A stretch of 64,000 bases of DNA from an uncultured Acidobacteriota bacterium (GCA_963847655.1 CAWKAS010000003.1:75350-139349), one strand, 5' to 3'. Shown: positions 40,992 to 49,507, counted from the first letter of the stretch. Program-made: numbers and translations. Notes: generated by a model not told the origin, from the sequence alone.

Positions 40992-42395
40992 ATGGCGATC
41001 GAATGCTCCTACTACCTGGAGGATCTGGACACCCGAGAGCTCCCCCGCCGGTTCCTCGAGGCGTTCGCGGCCATCCTGTCGCACTCGAACTACGCCCCCC
41101 TGCTCGACGCCGCCTCCCGGGTGGGCCTGCGATGCAGCCGCTGCGCGGTCACCTGCCCGGTCTACCAGGCGAGCGGGGACCGTCGGGACATCCCGTGCGA
41201 CCGCTCGGCGCTTCTCCTCGACGTCTACCGGCGGTACTTCACACTCCGGGGCAACCTGGGCGCCCGGTTCGGGAAGTCGTTCGTCCTGACCGAGGCGCAC
41301 ATCAACCGGATGGCCGAAGAGTTCTACCGCTGTACCGCGTGCCGGCGCTGCAAGAAGGAGTGCCCGGTCGGGATCGATCACGCGCTCATCACCCGCCTCG
41401 GACGCTGGATCCTGGCCGAGATCGGGATCACCCCCAAGGCCCTGGTTGTGGCCACCCGAGAGCAGCTCGAGGGAAAGACGCACAACACCTCGGCCATCCC
41501 CGCCGCGGCCATGAAGGACACGTGCGAGTTCCTCGAGGAGGACTGTGCCGACGAGCATGGTCTGAAGATCGAGTTCCCCGTCGACGTCTCCGGGGCGGAG
41601 TACGTGTTCTTCCCCGCGGTGAGCGACTACCTCCTCGAGCCCGACACCCTCATGGGCAACGCCGCGGTGATGAAGGCCACCGGCGGCTCCTGGACCATCG
41701 GGAGCCAGAACTTCGACGGCATCAACTACGGGCTCTTCTACAGCGACCGGATGCTCGGCCGGATCGTCTCCGCGGAGGTCGACGAGGTCCGGCGCCTGAA
41801 GGGGAAGAAGATCCTCATCGGGGAGTGCGGCCACGCGTCGCGCTCGGCGAAGGCCTTCGTCCCCACCTTCGGCGGGCAGGACCCGCCTCCGGTCGTCAAC
41901 ATCATGGAGTACACCTACGACCAGTGGAAGGCCGGGAAGCTGAAGCTCAAGCCCGGTGTCATCAAGGAACGGGTCACCTACCACGACCCGTGCAACATCG
42001 CCCGCAGCGGCTGGATCACCGAGCAGCCTCGCGAGATCCTCAAGCACATCTGCGCCGACTTCGTGGAGATGACCCCCAACCGCCGGGACAACTACTGCTG
42101 CGGCGGGGGCGGGGGAACGGTCTCGATCGACGAGATCCGGAAGTTCCGGACCACCGTCGGGGGCAAGACCAAGGCCGACCAGATCCGGGCCACCGGCGCC
42201 GCGATCTGCGTGGCCCCCTGCGCCAACTGCAAGAAGCAGGTCGCCGAGGTCTGCGAGGACAACGACCTCGACGTGCGCGTGTGCGGCCTGCACGACCTTA
42301 TCCTGAAGGCCATCGACGCGCCGGACTTCATGAAGACGAACGGGGACGGTCCCGACCCGGCCGGCGCCCCCCCCGCACCCACGGAGGACGCCTGA
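40992..42395 (+). CDS. HdrD/DsrK/HmcF-like iron-sulfur protein (2x[4Fe-4S] ferredoxin motifs plus a CCG domain)
   Basis: AAGGAGG at 40972-40978 precedes the ATG. CSRCAVTCP and CTACRRCKKECP cluster motifs. A full CCG domain C-x34-CCG-x38-CxxC (HDPCNIAR...NYCCGGGGG...CVAPCANC). Confidence 0.88.
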   Translation: MAIECSYYLEDLDTRELPRRFLEAFAAILSHSNYAPLLDAASRVGLRCSRCAVTCPVYQASGDRRDIPCDRSALLLDVYRRYFTLRGNLGARFGKSFVLTEAHINRMAEEFYRCTACRRCKKECPVGIDHALITRLGRWILAEIGITPKALVVATREQLEGKTHNTSAIPAAAMKDTCEFLEEDCADEHGLKIEFPVDVSGAEYVFFPAVSDYLLEPDTLMGNAAVMKATGGSWTIGSQNFDGINYGLFYSDRMLGRIVSAEVDEVRRLKGKKILIGECGHASRSAKAFVPTFGGQDPPPVVNIMEYTYDQWKAGKLKLKPGVIKERVTYHDPCNIARSGWITEQPREILKHICADFVEMTPNRRDNYCCGGGGGTVSIDEIRKFRTTVGGKTKADQIRATGAAICVAPCANCKKQVAEVCEDNDLDVRVCGLHDLILKAIDAPDFMKTNGDGPDPAGAPPAPTEDA

Positions 42396-43090
42396 TGGAC
42401 ACCTGGATCGCACTGGCCAGCGGCCCGCTCTTCCGCGTGGCCCTCGCCGCCTGCCTGCTCGGGCTCGCCTACCACCTCGGCAACACGCTCTGGATGCTCG
42501 TCCAGTCCCATCGAAGGTCCACCGACAAGGAGCTCGCCCTGGGGACCGTCTTCGGCGCGACCCTCCGCAGCCTCCTGCCCCTGCGGCACCGTCGGCCGAT
42601 CCAGACCCTCGCCGGGGTGGCCTTCCACGCCGGAATCCTCCTGGTGCCCCTCTTCTACGTCGGCCACGTGACCCTCTGGCAGCCGCACCTCCGCATCCCC
42701 TGGCCCACCCTGGGACCGGCGGCCTCGGACGTCCTGACCCTCGCCGCTGTGGCCGGGCTGGCCGCCCTGCTCCTCTGGCGGCTGCTCGTGCGGACGAGCC
42801 GGGAGCTGACCGCCGCCGCGGACGTCGCCGTCCTCCTGCTCCTCCTCGCCGTCACCGCCAGCGGCTACTGGGCGGCCCACCCCGCCTCCTCGCCGGCCGC
42901 CCCGCGGGCCATGCTGCTGGTCCACGTTCTTTCCGCGAACCTGGCTCTCTTCCTCACCCCGCTCACCAAGATCGTCCACTGCGTCCTGGCTCCCCTCAAC
43001 CAGCTCGTGAGCGAGGTGGCGTGGCACTTCCCGGCCGAGAGCGGTGCCCACGTGGCCCTCGCCCTGGGCAAGGAGAACGACCCGGTATGA
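42395..43090 (+). CDS. NarI/DsrM/HmcE-like membrane dihaem cytochrome b
   Basis: TGATG start/stop overlap with GGAGGA upstream. Five hydrophobic helices. Four conserved-looking His residues (AFHAG, YVGH, LLVHV, KIVH) fit two b haems. Confidence 0.8.
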   Translation: MDTWIALASGPLFRVALAACLLGLAYHLGNTLWMLVQSHRRSTDKELALGTVFGATLRSLLPLRHRRPIQTLAGVAFHAGILLVPLFYVGHVTLWQPHLRIPWPTLGPAASDVLTLAAVAGLAALLLWRLLVRTSRELTAAADVAVLLLLLAVTASGYWAAHPASSPAAPRAMLLVHVLSANLALFLTPLTKIVHCVLAPLNQLVSEVAWHFPAESGAHVALALGKENDPV

Positions 43091-43908
43091 GCACGAACAC
43101 CGCACGCACCCGCTCCTTCGCGATCCTGACCGACGTCACCCTCTGCATCGGCTGCGAGGAATGCGTCGCCGCGTGCAAGAAGACCAACGACACCGGCGAG
43201 GACGACGCCCCCTGGAAGTGGCAGGGGGGGGCCGAAGACCTCAGCTCCACCCGGTGGACGACGATCGCGCGCACCCGTGGCCGGTACGTTCGGGTCCAGT
43301 GCCGCCACTGCCTGGACCCCGCCTGCGCCGCCGCCTGCCCGGTGGCCGCGCTCTACACCACCGAGTCCGGTGCGGTAGCCTACAACCCCGACATCTGCAT
43401 GGGGTGCCGCTACTGCATGGTGGCGTGCCCGTTCCGCATGACCCGGTACGAGTGGGACTCCCCGATCCCCCGGGTCCGCAAGTGCATCCTCTGCTACCAG
43501 GCTCTCACCAGCGGTGAGCTCAGCCAGCCCGCGTGCACCGCCGCCTGCCCCACGAAGGCCACGATCTTCGGGACGCGGGACGCGCTCCTGGCCGAGGCCC
43601 GCCGCCGCATCGAGGCCGCCCCCGACCGCTACGTCCACCACATCTGGGGCGAGCACGAGGTCGGGGGCACGTCCGTGCTCTACATCTCCGACGTCGAGCT
43701 CACCGCCGCGGCCTGGCCCGAGGGGCTTCCCGGCCACCCGGTGCCCGAGCTCGCCACGGACGTCCTGAGCACCGTGCCCGCCACCTTCCTGACCGTGGGC
43801 GCGGCGATGGCCGGGTTCCACTGGATCGTGGGGAGGAGGGACAAGCTGGCGGCCGAGGCGGCCACCCCCCCGCCCCCCGAGGCCTCCGACGACGAGGTGA
43901 GCTCGTGA
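43087..43908 (+). CDS. HybA/DsrO/HmcB/PsrB-like four-cluster ferredoxin subunit with a C-terminal TM helix and no recognisable signal peptide
   Basis: ATGA overlap with the previous gene. CIGCEECVAAC, CRHCLDPACAAACP, CMGCRYCMVACP and CILC...CTAACP. C-terminal helix TVPATFLTVGAAMAGFHWIVG followed by RRDK. Confidence 0.88.
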   Translation: MSTNTARTRSFAILTDVTLCIGCEECVAACKKTNDTGEDDAPWKWQGGAEDLSSTRWTTIARTRGRYVRVQCRHCLDPACAAACPVAALYTTESGAVAYNPDICMGCRYCMVACPFRMTRYEWDSPIPRVRKCILCYQALTSGELSQPACTAACPTKATIFGTRDALLAEARRRIEAAPDRYVHHIWGEHEVGGTSVLYISDVELTAAAWPEGLPGHPVPELATDVLSTVPATFLTVGAAMAGFHWIVGRRDKLAAEAATPPPPEASDDEVSS

Positions 43909-45929
43909 CGCCCGCCCAGAACCCCCGCCTGATCGTGACCAAGGCCGTCCTCTGGTTCCTCGTCGGCGTGGCCGCGGTGGTGGCCGTGGTGCGCTTCGCC
44001 CTCGGGCTCGGCCTCACCACCGACCTGACCGACGCGACCCCGTGGGGCATGTGGGTCGGCTTCGACGTCCTGGGCGGGGTGGCCCTGGCCGCCGGCGGCT
44101 TCGTGGTCGCCGCCACCGTCTACATCTTCCGGCGCGAGCGCTACCACGTCATCATCCGGCCCGCCATCCTCACCGCCTTCCTCGGCTACCTGGCGGTGAT
44201 CATCGGCCTGATGGTCGACCTCGGCCGGCCCTGGAACATCTGGCGCCCGATGTTCCACTGGAACCTGCACTCGCCGTTGTTCGAGGTGGCGATGTGCGTG
44301 ATTCTCTACACCACGGTGCTCGCCCTGGAGTTCGCGCCGGTGGTCCTCGAGCGCTTCGCCTGGGCGGTGCCCGCGATCCGCCTCCTGCGGCGGGTGACGC
44401 TGCCCCTGGTCGTGGTGGGCATCGCGCTGTCGACGCTGCACCAGTCGTCGCTCGGCACCCTGTTCCTCCTCTCCGGGGCGCGGATGCACCCGCTGTGGTT
44501 CTCTCCCCTCCTGCCCCTGCTCTTCCTCGTCTCGGCGGTGGGACTGGGCCTCGGGATGGTCACCGTGGAGAGCCTGGTGACCTCCTGGCTCTACCGGCGG
44601 GAGGCGGAGTGGGACCTCCTCCGCGGCCTCGCGCGCGCCGCCACCGTGGTCCTCTCCTTCTACCTCCTCGTCCGCCTGGGAGACCTGGCGTGGCGGGGCG
44701 AGATCGGGCGGGCCTTCGACGGCTCGTGGTTCGCCGTCCTCTTCTGGGTGGAGATGGGGATGAGCACCCTCGCCCCGGTGGCTCTCTTCCTTCGTGCCCG
44801 CCGGGGCGACGGGCGGTGGGCCATCACCTGGGGCGCGTTCCTCATGACCGCCGGCTTCGTCCTCCACCGGGCCGACGTCGGCGGCATCTCCCACATCGCG
44901 GTGACCGGACAGGTCTACGTCCCCGCCGCCACCGAGGTCGCGGTGAGCCTGGGCATCGTCTCCGGGCTGGCGCTCATCTTCCTGTTCTTCGTGGAGAACC
45001 TGAAGGTCTGGGAGGAGCCCCCCCCGGCGACCGACCACTTCACCCCCGCCGCCACGGACCCCGTGAGCTCCCAGTACATCGGCTCGCCGTGGCTCGGAGG
45101 GGGACAGCGCGCCGCCCTCGCGCTCATCTGCGGGGTGGTCGTGGGCCTCGCCCTCGTCGAGGCCCAGGTCGAGAGGCGGCGGCCGAGCGCGGCCCGCCCC
45201 ATCCACCCCCCCCGCAGCGCCGCGGCCCTGGTCACCCCCGGGGCGGACGGGAAGGGGCACGTCTTCGAGGTCGTCTCCCCGACGGCGCCGGAGGCGATGA
45301 CGGAGGCCGTCGCCCGGGGCGGCGTCCTCCAGGACGCCCTCCTGATCGACAGCGGGGGCGAGGGGCGCCTCGTCCTGTTCCCTCACGCCGCCCACCAGCG
45401 CCGGCTCGGGGGCGAGGCCTCGTGCGCCACGTGCCACCACCGCAACGTCCCCCTGGACCGGGCGACCTCCTGCTCCCACTGCCACCGCGACATGTACCGA
45501 CCGACCGACACCTTCGACCACGCCCGGCACGTGGTCGCCCTCGACCAGAGCCTCTCGTGCACGGTGTGTCACCGGGACCGAGAGGCCGCACGGACCCGCG
45601 CCGGGTCCCGGCCCTGCGCCAGCTGCCACCAGGGGACGCCGTCCCACCTGACGCGGGTGCGGGTCACCGGCGAGGCCGAGCCGGGCCTCGCCCCCGGCTA
45701 CGAGAAGGCGATGCACGGGCTGTGTCTGGGCTGCCACCGCGAGGAGGAGAGGGACCTCGCGGTCGCCGACCGCTCCCTGAGCCGCTGCACGAACTGCCAC
45801 CGCGGTGAGTTCGCCTCCGACGCCGCCATGCGCCAGCGGCCGCCGTTCGCGGTCGTCGCCACCGCCGCCCCCGCGGCCCCGGGCGCGGTGACGAACGGGA
45901 CCGGCAGCACCACGGGGGGATCACCGTGA
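43905..45929 (+). CDS. NrfD/PsrC/DsrP/HmcC-like polytopic membrane subunit fused to a C-terminal multihaem cytochrome c domain (6 CXXCH)
   Basis: GTGA overlap with the previous gene. An NrfD-like core of about 430 aa (WGMWVGFDVLGG..., LHQSSLG...) and one extra TM segment (AALALICGVVVGLALV). Then FPHAAHQ...CATCH, CSHCH, CTVCH, CASCH, CLGCH and CTNCH. Confidence 0.88.
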   Translation: MTPAQNPRLIVTKAVLWFLVGVAAVVAVVRFALGLGLTTDLTDATPWGMWVGFDVLGGVALAAGGFVVAATVYIFRRERYHVIIRPAILTAFLGYLAVIIGLMVDLGRPWNIWRPMFHWNLHSPLFEVAMCVILYTTVLALEFAPVVLERFAWAVPAIRLLRRVTLPLVVVGIALSTLHQSSLGTLFLLSGARMHPLWFSPLLPLLFLVSAVGLGLGMVTVESLVTSWLYRREAEWDLLRGLARAATVVLSFYLLVRLGDLAWRGEIGRAFDGSWFAVLFWVEMGMSTLAPVALFLRARRGDGRWAITWGAFLMTAGFVLHRADVGGISHIAVTGQVYVPAATEVAVSLGIVSGLALIFLFFVENLKVWEEPPPATDHFTPAATDPVSSQYIGSPWLGGGQRAALALICGVVVGLALVEAQVERRRPSAARPIHPPRSAAALVTPGADGKGHVFEVVSPTAPEAMTEAVARGGVLQDALLIDSGGEGRLVLFPHAAHQRRLGGEASCATCHHRNVPLDRATSCSHCHRDMYRPTDTFDHARHVVALDQSLSCTVCHRDREAARTRAGSRPCASCHQGTPSHLTRVRVTGEAEPGLAPGYEKAMHGLCLGCHREEERDLAVADRSLSRCTNCHRGEFASDAAMRQRPPFAVVATAAPAAPGAVTNGTGSTTGGSP

Positions 45930-47764
45930 GCGGCCCGTGCTGGCCCGTCTCCCGGGCCCAGGAGCTCTTCGAGGAGATGCCCTCGGGGATCATGGTCATG
46001 GATCGCGAGTTCAGGATCGTGGACCACAACCGGGCGTTCGTGGACGTCTACGGTCCGAACGTCGGGACCCCCTGCTACCAGGTCTACAAGGATCGCGGGA
46101 CCCCGTGCCCCGACTGCCCGGCCCAGGCGACGTTCGAGGACGGGCGGCCCCGGGTCCTCGAGGAGACCGGGCTCGACCGCAACGGCCAGACGATCCACTA
46201 CCTGGCCCGCGTGGTGCCGCTGCGCGACGAGACCGGGGGGATCACCCACGTGGCGGCGATCACCACCGACCTGACCGCGACGAAGAGGCTGCAGCGCGAG
46301 TACCAGACCCTGTTCGAGAAGGTGCCGTGCTACGTGGCGGTGCTGAACCAGGACCGCCGGGTCATCAAGGCCAACGAGATGTTCCGGCGGACCTTCGGGG
46401 AGCCCCGGGGCGACTTCTGCTACAAGCTGTTCAAGGGGCGCCGCACCGAGTGCGAGGACTGCCCGGCGGACAAGACCTTCGTGGACGGCCGCTCCCACAC
46501 CTCCCGGCACGTCGGACAGAACCGCGACGGGGGCGAGACGCACTACGTGGTGTCCACCGCGCCCCTCCTCCAGGGAGACGGGGAGACCACCCACGTCATC
46601 GAGATGGCCCTCGACATCACCGAGATGACCGCGCTCGAGACCCAGCTCCAGAACGCCCACGTCTTCCGCCAGGCCCTGGTCGAGAACTCCCTCGAGGCCG
46701 TCGTGGTCATCGACGAGTCCCAGCGGGTGGTGCTGATGAACAAGGCGGCGGAGGATCTCTGGGGCGCCCGCCGCGAAAGCCTGGTCGGCCACAAGGCCCC
46801 GCGGGCCCTGGTCCCGGCCGCCCTGCGGCGCCAGCGCGCGCACACCGGCGCGACCGTCCTGCTCCCCGACACCACGATCACGAACCTGGCCGGCGAGACC
46901 ATCCCGGTGGAGCTCGCGGGCATGACCATCTTCAGCGAGGGTCGCTACCTGGGCGGCGCGGTCAAGGCCCTCGACCTGAGGGCCACGAAGGAGCTCGAGC
47001 GCGAGAAGCTCACCGCCGAGCGGCTGGCCGCCGTGGGTCAGACGGTGGCGGGGCTGGCGCACGGCATCAAGAACGTGCTCATGGGCCTCGAGGGCGGCAT
47101 GTACGCGTTCCAGAGCGGCATGAAGAAGGGCGACGACGCGCGAATGCTCCAGGGCTGGCAGATGCTCGAGGAGAACATCAACCGGATCACCACATTCGTG
47201 AAGGAGTTCCTCGAGTTCGCCCGGGGCCGGACCCCGACGGTGCACCTCATCGATCCCAACGAGGTGGCGGGAAAGGTCGTGGACCTCTTCAAGGACAAGG
47301 CGGAGCAGGCGGGCATCCGACTGGGCTTCGAGCCCCAGGCCGGGATCCCCCCGGCCTTCATGGACGAGGAGGGGATCCACACCTGCCTCGTCAACCTGGT
47401 CTCGAACGCCCTCGACGCCTGCGAGACCTCGGAGAGGGCGGACCCCGAGGTGGTCGTGCGCACCCGCGACCACGCCGGGGCGCTTCTGCTGGAGGTGGCG
47501 GACACCGGCACCGGGATCGACTCCGAGATCCGCAAGAAGGTCTTCACGACCTTCTTCAGCACCAAGGGCTCGGGCAAGGGGACCGGTCTCGGCCTGCTCA
47601 CCACCCGGAAGATCGTCCAGCAGCACGGCGGCAAGGTGTGGTTCGAGTCGACGCCGGGCACCGGCTCCGTCTTCCGGCTGGAGTTCCCCCACGATCGGCT
47701 GCCCCACCCGCGCGAGACGGAAGACGCCCTTTCAAGCACAGGAGACGAGGATGGCACGGCCTGA
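45926..47764 (+). CDS. Cytoplasmic multi-PAS sensor histidine kinase; two PAS domains carry C-x10-C-x2-C motifs
   Basis: GTGA overlap with the cytochrome gene. No TM segment. Three PAS-like modules. H-box AGLAHGIKNVL. N, G1 and G2 boxes (LVSNALDA, DTGTGID, GKGTGLGL). Confidence 0.9.
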   Translation: MSGPCWPVSRAQELFEEMPSGIMVMDREFRIVDHNRAFVDVYGPNVGTPCYQVYKDRGTPCPDCPAQATFEDGRPRVLEETGLDRNGQTIHYLARVVPLRDETGGITHVAAITTDLTATKRLQREYQTLFEKVPCYVAVLNQDRRVIKANEMFRRTFGEPRGDFCYKLFKGRRTECEDCPADKTFVDGRSHTSRHVGQNRDGGETHYVVSTAPLLQGDGETTHVIEMALDITEMTALETQLQNAHVFRQALVENSLEAVVVIDESQRVVLMNKAAEDLWGARRESLVGHKAPRALVPAALRRQRAHTGATVLLPDTTITNLAGETIPVELAGMTIFSEGRYLGGAVKALDLRATKELEREKLTAERLAAVGQTVAGLAHGIKNVLMGLEGGMYAFQSGMKKGDDARMLQGWQMLEENINRITTFVKEFLEFARGRTPTVHLIDPNEVAGKVVDLFKDKAEQAGIRLGFEPQAGIPPAFMDEEGIHTCLVNLVSNALDACETSERADPEVVVRTRDHAGALLLEVADTGTGIDSEIRKKVFTTFFSTKGSGKGTGLGLLTTRKIVQQHGGKVWFESTPGTGSVFRLEFPHDRLPHPRETEDALSSTGDEDGTA

Positions 47765-48299
47765 GGACAAGACCATTCTGGTCGTGGACGACGAGCCCAA
47801 CGTCCGCGACTACCTGAAGATGATCCTGGTGGACGCCGGGTTCCGGGTGGCGACCGCGGCCGATGGGGAGGAGGCTCTCGCGCGCATCCGCGAGAGCCGT
47901 CCCGACTTCATCTCCCTCGACCTGATCATGCCCCGCAAGTCGGGGCACAAGCTGCTCCTCGAGCTCAAGCGGGACCGCGACCTGAGCCGCATCCCGGTCC
48001 TGGTGGTGACCGCTCACGCCCACGACGAGTTCGGCAGCAAGGACCTCGAGGAGATCCTGGACGGCGCGGTGATGTCGGGACCGGGGACCTACCTCGAGAA
48101 GCCGATCAACCCCGAGTCGTACGTCCGGGCGATCTCGCGTGCGGTGGGGGTCGAGCCCGCGCCGCGGAGCACCCCCCGGACCGACCTCAAGGAAGAGCTG
48201 GAGCACAGCATCCAGGGCGCGAGCCCCGAGGCCCTGCGCGAGGCCCTCGCGGCCCTGCGCCGGGCGAAGACGAAAGGAGCGCACAAAGGTGACGGATAG
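47751..48299 (+). CDS. Stand-alone response-regulator receiver protein with a C-terminal tail of about 60 aa
   Basis: ILVVDDEP...FISLDLIMPRKSG...PVLVVTAH...EKP. It overlaps the kinase gene by 14 nt. Confidence 0.88.
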   Translation: MARPEDKTILVVDDEPNVRDYLKMILVDAGFRVATAADGEEALARIRESRPDFISLDLIMPRKSGHKLLLELKRDRDLSRIPVLVVTAHAHDEFGSKDLEEILDGAVMSGPGTYLEKPINPESYVRAISRAVGVEPAPRSTPRTDLKEELEHSIQGASPEALREALAALRRAKTKGAHKGDG

Positions 48300-48717
48300 A
48301 GGCGATCGGCAGACGGTCCTGGTCGTGGACGACGAGCCCCACGTGGTGGCCTACCTGGAGATGCTCCTCCAGGACCAGGGCTACGCGACGGTGTCGGCGG
48401 CCAACGGCCGCGAGGGGATGGAGAAGGCAAAGGCGCACACGCCCGACCTCATCTGCCTGGACATCACCATGCCCGAGGAGTCGGGGGTCCGTATGTACCG
48501 CAACCTGAAGGAGGACCCGCGTCTGGCGAGCATCCCGGTACTGGTGGTGACCGCGGTCACGGGCCTCGGAGGCGACCCGGAGCCCTTCCGGCACTTCCTG
48601 GACACCCGGAAGAGCGTCCCCGCGCCCGAGGGCTTCTTCTCCAAGCCCATCGAGCGCGAGCAGTTTCTGGCGAAGGTCGACGAGATCCTGGCGAAGCCTG
48701 TCGCGCCGTCCTCCTGA
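48289..48717 (+). CDS. Stand-alone response-regulator receiver protein
   Basis: The GTG start overlaps the previous gene by 11 nt. VLVVDDEP...LICLDITMPEESG...PVLVVTAV...SKP. Confidence 0.85.
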   Translation: MTDRGDRQTVLVVDDEPHVVAYLEMLLQDQGYATVSAANGREGMEKAKAHTPDLICLDITMPEESGVRMYRNLKEDPRLASIPVLVVTAVTGLGGDPEPFRHFLDTRKSVPAPEGFFSKPIEREQFLAKVDEILAKPVAPSS

Positions 48718-48877
48718 AGGCCCCTGTCGCTCCGCGATCGTCGGTGTAGACCCGGGCCAGGCTGGGCACTCCCCGACCACGAGCTCGGCACCATGAGCGC
48801 GTCAGATCCGCTAGGATTGCCGTGACACCGCGCTCGTCGCGAGCAGCGGTCGGCATTGGATCCAAAGGAGGCCCAGC

Positions 48878-49300
48878 GTGTTCAAGGAGTTCAAGGAGTT
48901 CGCAGCCAAGGGCAACGTGCTCGACATGGCCGTCGGCATCATCATCGGCGGCGCCTTCGGAACGATCGTGAAGTCGCTCGTCTCCGACGTCATCATGCCC
49001 CCCGTGGGCCTGTTGCTGGGAGGCGTCGACTTCTCGAACCTGTTCGTGGTCCTGGGCAACGCCGGACCCTTCGACTCGCTCGCCGCGGCCCAGGAGGCGG
49101 GAGCGGCCACGATCAACTACGGCCTGTTCGTCAACAACTGCATCAGCTTCCTGATCGTCGCCTTCGCGGTCTTCCTCCTCGTGCGCGGGGCCAACGCGAT
49201 GCGACGCAAGGAGCAAGCCCCTCCGCCCGCTCCGCCCGAGCCTTCGGCCGAGGAGAAGCTGCTCACCGAGATCCGGGACCTGATGAAGTCGCGGGCCTGA
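48878..49300 (+). CDS. mscL: Large-conductance mechanosensitive channel
   Basis: AAAGGAGG precedes the [46 protein letters not shown] is the canonical MscL N-terminus. Confidence 0.93.
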   Translation: MFKEFKEFAAKGNVLDMAVGIIIGGAFGTIVKSLVSDVIMPPVGLLLGGVDFSNLFVVLGNAGPFDSLAAAQEAGAATINYGLFVNNCISFLIVAFAVFLLVRGANAMRRKEQAPPPAPPEPSAEEKLLTEIRDLMKSRA

Positions 49301-49459
49301 CTACGGCTCCCCATAGAGCCGCTCGATCCACTCGCGGAACCAGGGCGGCCGGGCCAGGAGGACCCAGGCAGCCACCAGACCCGTCACCGGGACCACGAAG
49401 ACCGCGACGTCGAGGACGACGATGAGGGCGGCCAGGGCGACGCGCTCGCCGGTGCTCAT
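49301..49459 (-). CDS. Small (52 aa) hydrophobic protein not present in the supplied ORF track
   Basis: My translation is MSTGERVALAALIVVLDVAVFVVPVTGLVAAWVLLARPPWFREWIERLYGEP. Nearly every codon ends in G or C, as in real genes here. One or two TM helices. Confidence 0.5.
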   Translation of the reverse strand: MSTGERVALAALIVVLDVAVFVVPVTGLVAAWVLLARPPWFREWIERLYGEP

Positions 49460-49507
49460 GAGATCAGCAACCCCGGGCCCCCGAGGGTCGCGGCGTCTCC
49501 ACCGGCG

